64,000 nt of DNA, taken from positions 123,566,001 through 123,630,000 of the forward strand of contig OZ024741.1 of NCBI GenBank assembly GCA_964016885.1. Reading direction: 5' to 3'. This document shows, in pieces, positions 54,577-64,000 of the stretch. A program made the position numbers and the translations under genes. Origin of the DNA: Eledone cirrhosa. Lineage: Eukaryota. Below the pieces are notes generated by a model, which worked only from the letters and a program-made list of their open reading frames with translations, was not told the DNA's origin and searched no databases. Numbering within the stretch: position 1 is the stretch's first letter; each line of letters begins with the position of its first letter.

Positions 54577-55821
54577 TTTTCTAAGTTTAGTTTGTTTAAC
54601 ATGTTCACCTACTTTATAGTTTGTTAAAATTTCTATGTCAGATCGGATATGGTTTATTTGGCGATTGATGTTCTCTTGTCAAGTAGATTTCTTGTGGGAA
54701 TTCCTTTGTTTTTTCATCTTCACTCCACATAAGTGAGTGGTGACTTTAGCCGATGCATAATAGAGATGAATTAAATCAGTAATGTTTAGTTTGTTTGTGA
54801 TGATAATGTTTTTGAGAATTATGTTAGTCTTGTGTATTATCTTTTGGTTCTGTTTGGAGTTCTGGATCTTAGGGAGGGTGTCTCGTTGCCCCATGTCAGA
54901 TTCTTTCATTTTCATCCATTCGATCATAATTTCATCCTTCAAGTTGGCAAGTTCATTCTCATTCATTTCTTTATCATTTACGATCTCATTATTTTCATTT
55001 GGAGTTTCATCCCTCCACTTTTTCGATCCTTTCTTTAATTTGTTCTGTTGCCAGTGATTCCGCCCCAACCCTGGGATTCTAAGTGTTACAGTTTACCTCG
55101 TTTTCACTGACACATGTTTCATTTTCCCTTCGCTGACTTTGTGCTAATAGCTTGATCTGATCAATTTCTATATCAGTTAGTAACTTTTTTCTTACAATAT
55201 TTCTTCGTATATTGGCTAGTTTGTTACTGTCAATATAGCCTCTGTTTTCGGGATGTTTCTTTTTCCAGTTGATATATGTCTGTTCTGTATTCGATGTATT
55301 TGATGGGTAGTACATGGCAGTGTAGAAAGCCTCAAGGACTTCTTTATTATCTTCCCTTGATCATTTTTCTCTCTTTTTCTTTGGATTTCTTGGTGGTGAG
55401 CATGGAGGGCCAACAGTAGGAGTATTCCGGTTATGGGAGGTCTCCAGCTCCGAAGTGATGGGAAGGTTTGAACCATTAGCTGATTTCTCGACCCCATTCT
55501 GGTTCCTCTCTGAGGGACGCGGTCCTTTTTTACCCGGGTGACGGCCGATCCGGTATGAGATTTTATCATTAGACATTTACTTTATTTTGTCGCGTTTTAT
55601 CCTTATCCGCCAAGGGGTAATCATTTCGTGTTACCACTTCTAGAACGAGTGTCAACCAAGACTAGAGGGGTCGTTCTCCCCTAGAGACACGGCTATTCCC
55701 CGCCGGCCGCCATCCCGGTATTTCTTGGTCACGGGGTTTTCTTTTTGTTGTTTTTTTTAAATTCTTATTATCATGAGTGGTTCCTTAATGTGAGCATTGC
55801 GTGGCTTAAGAATGAAATTAT

Positions 55822-55875
55822 TAATAACTGTCTCCACTCCAGGCACAAGGCCAGCAATCACCCAATGCATTACAA
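55822..55875 (-). mobile_element. SINE 3' fragment
   Basis: Reverse complement of gtaatgcactgggtaattgctggccttgtgcc. Confidence 0.65.
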
Positions 55876-56744
55876 TAATATAATATACTTTTTGTTGTAG
55901 TTGGCTGTTATTGTTGTTGGCTATGTCGGTGGTGGTGCCGGGGCTTTTTATATTGTTGGTGAGGAAGGGGTGAGCCAGCAGTCCCATAGTTGTTGAAGTT
56001 GACGTTTGGCCGGTGGCCAGGTCACTAAGTCAATCTATTTATATCTTTTGCTAGCCTCTCCCTTTTCTAGTGATACCGCCACCTTCCCCTTTCTCTCTCA
56101 AGTTAACAGGGGAATAGTGGTGGTAGCAATGAAGGAGTCGTGGCGGCGGCGATGGGATAGTGGTAGCAGTGATGGATGGGGTGGGGTGGTGGCAGCGGTG
56201 GCGTTGTGGTTACTGATATGTAGTATCTATGAGTTTGTGTTCGTATGTTTAATATATATTTTTATTATATATTGTGTTGACATATTCCCGTAAAATTGGA
56301 ATTAAACATTTTGTTAAAATTTGAGACAATAATGATAGTAATTATTATTATGATGCTGGGATTGATGGTGGTGGTGGTGAAATTGCCGTTATCTGGCTGC
56401 TATATTTAGTGTGATGGGATAGGTGGTGTATCAAGTTTCTGGTGTTGGTGAAATTGCTGTTATTTGGCTGTTCTATATAGTGTAGACAGAGGGTGTTTTC
56501 TTCCATTTATAACCATTTTCTTTTTTTGAATACAAAATATATAATACAAAATTGAATATTTGAGCGATACAACAATATAATATGGATCCGAAACTTCATG
56601 GGATCTCATTCGGTGGTTTATGCAACATCTGTACTAAGAATTGTTATTTCACAATTGATTTAAATATGTTAAAAATCAAAAACTTACGGGAGCGATTTCA
56701 TGACCTTCTACCACCTCGTGCGTCTTCTTCCCTTCTTCTTCTTC

Positions 56745-56780
<36 letters not shown>

Positions 56781-56829
56781 TCAAGTCTATGCTACGTGTC
56801 TAGCAAAGATATATAGCCGATCAAATATT

Positions 56830-57823
56830 CACTCTACAGTAGGTTTTCGACAAATGTTAGAAATATTGTATAAATGTAGTATACTTGTTTTGTGGACCTG
56901 AAGATGGCATACGACCACGCTCCACAAGACTTGTTGTAGAATGTTTTGCAGGAGTACGGGGGTCTATAGACAGCTATTTGCAGGCCTTGAAGTCCTCTAC
57001 GAATCCCCTTGCATTTGTGTTTGAACAAATGGTCTAGACTATTAGATGTGGGTCTCAGATTCCACTGGCAGATAGCATTTCCTATTCCTAATCGTCGGAA
57101 CATGTTCTACGACAAGCACTTGAAAGTTTTCTGCAAAATATTGCACAACAAAAATGAAAATCAGTGCCGTGCAGGCTAAGAACTCCCCTTCTCAGGAAAA
57201 CTGCATAGTGTGCTCTGTATAATTGAAGTTACATCGAAGCAAATATAGAAGGTGAAGTATCCGGGTTGTTTTCATGAGTGATAGATGGCAGGAGCTTGAA
57301 ATAAATACAATAATTTCAAGAACTGGTACTGAAATACGCCAGCTTCATCCATCAGTTATCAGAATCTTGATCGGTGCAAAAGTCAAACTTTCAATTTTCG
57401 ATTCTGTATTGATGCCTCCACTTACCTACATTCATGAAACTTGGGCAATAGCCGAAAGAAGTTGATCGCGTATACAAGCGAAATGGCTTCGGAGTAACGT
57501 TACTTGATAGAGTGCGTAGCTCGGAAATCGGGGTGTCTCACCAGGTAGAGCTCTACGTCTCTAAATGGAGAAATCACATCTCAAAGACTAAGTTAGAAGG
57601 TCTAAGGAAAGAATTGCTGGACAGATTTTATGGCTAAAGCCATTTGGCAAGAGCCCCAGAGGAAGCTGTTTGGATAACAATCATGAGCTCGGTTGGTCTT
57701 GATTGGGGATCCAGTCGAATCATTCCTAGATGGACGCTTTCGATAGGATTCTCTGGAAGGCATGTCTGAGGACCCATCTCCTACGACACTCCCAGGAATA
57801 AGTGTTCAACGAAGAAGAAGAAG
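56830..57823 (+). mobile_element. Decayed RTE-clade LINE 3' portion with (GAA)n tail
   Basis: CFVDLKMAYDHAP; AKVKLSIFDSVLMPPLTYIHETWA; gaagaagaagaaga end. Confidence 0.65.
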
Positions 57824-60480
57824 ATTTGAAAGTAGTACGTTATTTGTTATCGACCACGGAACGATAAACCACATTGTTAAACTCAGAGTGATTTGAAATC
57901 AAAACGTAAATATCCGAAACAAAAGGCCCCAACATTCTAACGATTATTTCAACTCGCCGTTGCACTAGTCCAAAATTCAAGTCGAATTACCTTCTATCTG
58001 AACTGTTTCTTTCTTTCTTGGATTAAATAAATATTTGACCTCAAATTTGGAGAAGCAGTGGTACCAACAGGTTTAAATACTAGAGGCGTGCTTTATATCG
58101 AAATGGTTCCTCTTCAAATCCAACAGGAATTAAGAGATCAGGAAATGAATTAATTAGTTGTGTTGTTTAAATTTATATAGTTTTATCATATCATCTTGCT
58201 GTAGAAAAAGAAATCAATAGAAAGACAAGCAAACTTCCACACTCTATTCATTCTAAAGATATAATTAATATTTTCATGGATTAACAGCATCGTTAGGACA
58301 ATGGGCAAAATAATTCGTAGAATTTTGTTACGGCCCTTTAACATCTGATTTCAAATTCTACCGGGGTCACTTTTGTCCCTCTTACTTTGAGGGTCGATGA
58401 ACTTACTAATTAAATACTGGGGTCATTCTAATCTGCTCTCCTCATCCCACAGGTTCCTGGATTTGAGACTATTTTAGAAATCATTTACAGGCCAATCAAA
58501 AAAAAGTGTACATCGATTTAATAATATATATATTTGATCAGTTCTGGTTTAAATTTAAGAAAGTCTATCATCTCAAATCTCACCTTGAATCGTGTGTGCG
58601 TGTGTCTGTGTGTGTGAATTTGATATGTATATATGGTGTGTGTTCGTGTGCGTTGAAATATGTCGTCACTCACTGATGTAATTATTGTTAAAATCGTGAG
58701 AATAATTATCATTGTTATTATGAGTGCCATGGTAGAATCCGGGGATTTTAAAAAATGCCAACATACCTTAATTATGAAGAAGTGAACAAGTGAACCGGTT
58801 GAAAATATACGCAATGTGTAAGTAATATCTCTTAATGTAAACTACATCACGTTGAAGGTGCGGGATTTAGTGGCTATTGTATTCAGCTCACGATCGTAAG
58901 GCCGGGGTTCTATTCCCATCGGCGTTGTGACTTTGAAAAAGACACTTTATTTCACATTTCTCCAGGGCTAGCTTGGTCACATTCTGTATCATGTCGAATC
59001 TCTCTATGAATGACATTAATTGTGCAAGTGTCCGTAAAATGCTTAGCAACTCTACGAGCAAGCTGTTTCATTGATTGTATGAAATGGAACACGATTATTT
59101 ATGTGGTTTTTATAAATCATCTCTAGATGCGGCTTCGGTGGATCATTAAGGAGTTCGTAATGCAAACATACGATCCCAGCTTCAATCCCACTGCGGGGGA
59201 GTTTCGGCACAAATCGAACGAAAATGTGTATGTGAAATACGGTAGACGTGAAGAGTCTGTAGGTCCGTCAGATGAACTGGCCTTGTAATTCAATGCTCAG
59301 AGGTGCCATAAAATATGTCACGCTGAATATTTCTAATTATTACGTTATGGGAAGAACACATTTTTATGAAAATGCTCAGATTCTTGCACGCTCATTTTAA
59401 AAGCAGGCTGTTTAGTTGATAAAGCAATTGACACACTCATCGTCAAAACTGATGAACGTCTATTCAGACCTACAATCCTCTATGAACACGGCGGCGTTCA
59501 ACAACATTTATTGAAAGCAGGACAGTTCTTTTATGGTATCGAAGGGTACTTTCTATGGAGGTACGTTGAATTAATCTCAGGTTGTTTTGATAATTCTGCT
59601 TAGCCTTGGGTTAACCCTTAAGCCACCAAACATGCTTAGGGCCTCAAGTAAAGAAGATTTATTTTCCAGTTCAGTAAATGGAATTTTGTTTTATATACAG
59701 TATGTGTATGTACCATAACGTTTTAAGTGATTAGGTGTTCTAAATATCTTAATCCGATCTCGATTCTGCTAAAACTAATCCATTTGTCAAAGGGGAGGAA
59801 ATGCAAATTTGACATCGGCGAGAATTCAACTCAGTGTACTAGAAACTGAAAAGGTTCAACAATTATGTTTTCAAGTTTGACAATTGATTTGCTCATTGAT
59901 AGCTTGAAGGCATTCATGGGCTAGTAGCACTTCTCTTAATAGAGACGTGTGCCTGTACAAACGGTTGACGAAAGCACGGCAACTCAAACTCCTGGGACTA
60001 AAGTCACTAACATAGCGTCACAGCTATAATATATATATAAATGTGGGACTGTGTATAAGGATCAGAATGTGCATGTTTTTCTGCATGGGATTATCAGTGT
60101 GTGTGTGTTTGTAGGTGTGTGCAGGCATGAGATCGTCCGCGCGTGTGTTTTATAAGAGATATCCTGCATATGTATGTGTGTCTCTATGTGTGTGTGTGGA
60201 AATGTGTAATGGTTCTCTGATGCGATTATTGTTCAAAATTCTATTACCTTGCTTCGCCTAAGGTAAGTGAGAAAATGTAGACAATAATATAAAATGAAAT
60301 GTATATATATATATCTTTAAATTGAATGATATGCTTTGTTGAAGTAATCCAAACTGAAATATAATATTGTTAAATGCAACCACTTCTTACAGTTTCACAT
60401 GAACTCACATTCACATACGTGTGTCTGATTCAGTTTTTTTTTCAAATTGAAAAAGAAATGCACTCACAAACACACACAGG

Positions 60481-60589
<109 letters not shown>

Positions 60590-60718
60590 GTATATATATA
60601 TATATGGAAGTGTGTGTGTGTGTGCTTACGGGTTAATTAAACTTGGATATAAAGCTAGTTGAAGAAATCCAATCTGAATTTTAAGATTAAAGGCATCCTA
60701 TTTAAGTTCTTTATGTCA

Positions 60719-60767
<49 letters not shown>

Positions 60768-61220
60768 TGTGTGTGTGTGTGTGTACAGAGAGAGAGAGAG
60801 AAAGCGAGAGAGAGCGAGGGGGAAAGAGAGTGAATGACTTTAACTTGATTTCGTCGATAACGTTGGTTTCGTGTAGGTTTGTTTGATTTAAAGATAAGGC
60901 AGCCAGTTATTGTTTACACAGTAATAGAGAGAAATAAAGAATGAGAGAGATGAGATTGAAAAATAGAGTTAAAAAAAGAGAGTGGTGGAATGAGAGAGAG
61001 CGGGAGAGGGAAAGAGAGAATGAGAGAATGGTAGGGTATGTATGTGATTTTCACTCAGAAAACATAAGACAACCTGAGGTTTTAGCAAATACACTTGCCC
61101 ATGCTGCTTCGCAGATAGTGTGAACCCGTGACACTGTGCCTATGAAGTAGTCTCCTTAATCAAACGGACGTGTCTGCACTTATACTTCTGTTTGTATAAC
61201 TATTATTTTTTCATGACATT

Positions 61221-61385
61221 GCGGTGGATTGGCAGTATCGGTAGAGAGTCGGACGCCATGCTTTCCAGCATAGTTACGTCCATTTACGGTCTGAGTTAAA
61301 ATCCCGCCGAGGTTCGCTTTGCCTTTCATCCTTACGGGGTCGATAAAATAAAGTACCAGTAATGTACCAAAAGTAGAAACAATTC
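61221..61385 (+). mobile_element. tRNA-derived SINE with 15-bp target-site duplication
   Basis: ttttttcatgacatt at 61206-61220 and 61386-61400. Confidence 0.88.
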
Positions 61386-61981
61386 TTTTTTCATGACATT
61401 TGCCGATGTTTACATAATATTCACATTCATGTAAACATTTCATTTTATTGGATGAGGGGGAGGAACAAAGGTCGAATAAGTATCTAATTTAATTCGCTTC
61501 CATTATAAAATAAGAATGTAAAAAAATGTATTCAGATGTTGAAATAAACAATAAAATAAGAATTAAAAAAATACTTCAAAATTCAAGAATGGAGAATAGT
61601 GTAAACAAATTCTTCAGAAATATTTAAGGATTAAATCAAAGCCTTCCAGAGATAAATCGATTATGATTTATGATATGTGTAGGTAGTTTCTAGAAATATG
61701 GAATTTACTTTTCTTTTATTAAAATTCCTCTCATATAAGTCTTAAACATTATCTCTATCGAACTACGTTTCTTTTTGTCAAATAACATATTTGTATGTAA
61801 TATATTTCCTGTATGCATGTATATCTTTTTTTTTTTTTTGCTGCCATCCATGCTGGTGGTGATATTAATATTTATTACATAGGTAGTATATCTTACTCAT
61901 GTAGCTCTCTCTTTCAACGTGTTTTGAAGCAGATATTATGTTTTGGGAAGGTCATTCTGCCAATAAAATCACACGCCTTAC

Positions 61982-62014
<33 letters not shown>

Positions 62015-62017
<3 letters not shown>

Positions 62018-62180
62018 GGAACGAGTGGGACCCCGACGGCTGAGCTCAAGCCGTTTCGACGGCTAATTCTGGACCCCATCGGGGTCCCACTCGTTCCTAT
62101 TACCCACTCTACTACCCTAAGTATTGAGTACTTTGGTGCATTATGGTCCACCTGGTTCCTTACCACATTTCCTTCGTTAT
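62015..62180. mobile_element. Head-to-head mini-insert of the PLE2-family pseudo-LTR in (TA)n
   Basis: ataggaacgagtgggaccccga / tcggggtcccactcgttcctat; left arm includes GAAACGGCUUGAGCUCAGCCGUC on minus. Confidence 0.8.
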
Positions 62181-63209
62181 ACATATATATATACAATTCT
62201 GTGTGTGTGTGTGTGTGTGAGTGAGTGTATAAATGATGACTTCCCTCATGCAGTGATTTCCAATCAAATACTTTCAAGATGATGAAGACATACACTATGA
62301 TGACAAAACTAAAGCTCCTCTACATTTGGCATAACACAACTTGCAAGCGCGATTGTTCATACCACACTTTTTGAGGGACAAATCTACAAGAGTAGTCGTA
62401 TACATTGTGACAAACGAACAGGTTTTCTCAGAATACTGCAAAGAATCCACCACCGTATCTGTGACTCTCTGTAGTCCATGTCTTCAATCTTGTAGTTTTT
62501 AAAGTGGCACACACTTTTTTGAGAATCAGCTACTAATAAGTTAACACTATTGAGTTAGTAGCAAATAAACGCAAAAAAGCAAATACAGCCTACATACATC
62601 CGAGTACGTGTAATTTACTTGGAAAATACGTTAAATGTGTGTGTAATAATTTGTGTGTTTGAGTCTATATATATATATATATATATGAAAACAGGGAGAA
62701 GGAGACGATTATGAGGAAGAAAAATATATTTTCTGGAAAAATATATTTTCTGGGTTAGAAAATGAATAAAACGAAATGTTTTACTTTGTAAGAAGTGTTA
62801 ATGTATCAGTTGATTTATTTATTATTTAACAATGGCATTTAGCTATCTATTTAATTATTGCCTATTACCGGTTTCAGCATTTATATGCATTATTAAATGA
62901 TAGTGAAATGTATTAATGTGGTGTCGCACATATTAAACAGAAGGTGCAGAAAGCATAATGTTATTTAAAACAAGGTTTAAGAAGGGGAAAGAAAAAAGAA
63001 AAAGGAAAAAAAACGTGCATAATGTGGAACGTAAAAAGTCAATGTGAAAGAAAAAATAATGTTATTTACAAGCACAGTCATTGAAGTGAAGCAGATCAAA
63101 ATGTGTTAATATAGCAAGAGTGCTTAGTTGAACCATGCTTAACTTCAATGACTGTGCTTGTAAATAACATTATTTTTTCTTCCACATTGACTTTTTACGT
63201 TTCTGCAGA

Positions 63210-63843
63210 TAAAAATCGATAGGGGGTCACCTCTTTTTTAGGTATCGAAAAATAAGGTTTTTGGCCCTAGCTCCCACATTTTGCCACCGATTTCGTTCAA
63301 ATTTTAAATCAAAATAGAATTTATCATTGCACATCCTGTAATGCTTTTATTTTTGCATTTGTTCTTCAGTGACCGCGTGACAGCCGCTTAAATATTCTAA
63401 AATACCACTTTTAGACTCAAATTTACACTTCTTCGGCTCTAGCTCCCACATTAATCAACCTATTTTGTTCAAATTTTACTCTATGCTTGATCTGATTATT
63501 GCACATCTTATAGTGGCTTTACATTTTGTATTATTTGTTCATGAACGGCGTGGCAGCCGCTTAAATATTCGAAAATACCACCTTTTCACTCAAATTCCCA
63601 CCTTTTCGGCTCTAGCTCCCACATTTTTCAACCGATTTCGTTCAAATTCGAAAATCCCTCCCCCGGCATGCCTCTTCGTCAGACACCCGCCTTTCTTAAT
63701 GATAGAGGTCATCACCACCCTACTCCGCATGGCCTGTGTGTGGCCATAGATGAGTCATCGAGAAGCAGTCGCTAAGATCAACACCTTTTAATCAAAGCAG
63801 ATATTACTTTACCTACCTAGGCAACGCTGGGTACTGCTGCTAG
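63210..63843 (+). mobile_element. Helitron 3' portion with ~172-bp internal tandem repeats
   Basis: ctagctcccacatt recurs at ~63267, 63439 and 63611; end cctaggcaacgctgggtactgctgCTAG|T. Confidence 0.6.
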
Positions 63844-64000
63844 TATTAGAATAAATATGGTTTTATAAATATAGTTTCCATTTATTAATATCATTGATAT
63901 TATACTCTAGAAAATCTGTCGAGTGCTTCGTATCAGTTATAAATATATATATTTCTTCAATTACCAACAAATTAAGTATCCCTTTTGCTTATATATATAT

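Larger units (their letters stand above)
51809..55760 (-). mobile_element. R4/Dong-type non-LTR retrotransposon (RT plus C-terminal restriction-like endonuclease), near full length, frameshifted
   Basis: WKSPGKD; YRPITCL; WIDYKKAFDS; GIFQGDSLSP; FYMDDLKL; CSVC..ETIDHIISMC; RHD; PDII..LIDMSVP..K..KY; 3' end abuts (TAA)n. Confidence 0.9.

Noticed and set aside
55615-55740. Possible HDV-like ribozyme in the R4/Dong 5' UTR (minus: P1 GACCAA/UUGGUU, P3 GAC/GUC)
   Set aside because: Could not place P2, P1.1 or the catalytic C by eye; needs an RNArobo or Infernal search.
63170-63215. Splice-acceptor-like pyrimidine tract plus CAG
   Set aside because: Followed by Helitron internal repeats, with no credible exon.

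Overview
AT-rich, microsatellite-dense metazoan intergenic or intronic DNA. The SINE and repeat content suggests an octopus-like cephalopod (inference). No host protein-coding exon could be supported. Recognisable elements: three Penelope-like element (PLE) copies with a C-terminal GIY-YIG endonuclease (Hydra-clade-like), a decayed Tx1/L1-type LINE, a near-full-length R4/Dong-type RLE LINE, RTE remnants, tRNA-derived SINEs and non-autonomous Helitrons. The main signal is RNA structure. A near-identical 466-bp satellite (2132-6118), arranged as two head-to-head arms, carries a complete type I hammerhead ribozyme in every full unit, consistent with a non-LTR retrozyme. At least six other unrelated repeat families also carry hammerhead folds, several with long stem II insertions or non-canonical cores (U3-A8 covariation, U4A). 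Most have 3' ends running into (TA)n, often as inverted pairs. This points to a set of ribozyme-bearing RNAs mobilised by (TA)n-targeting PLEs. All folds were derived by eye and none is tested for activity.
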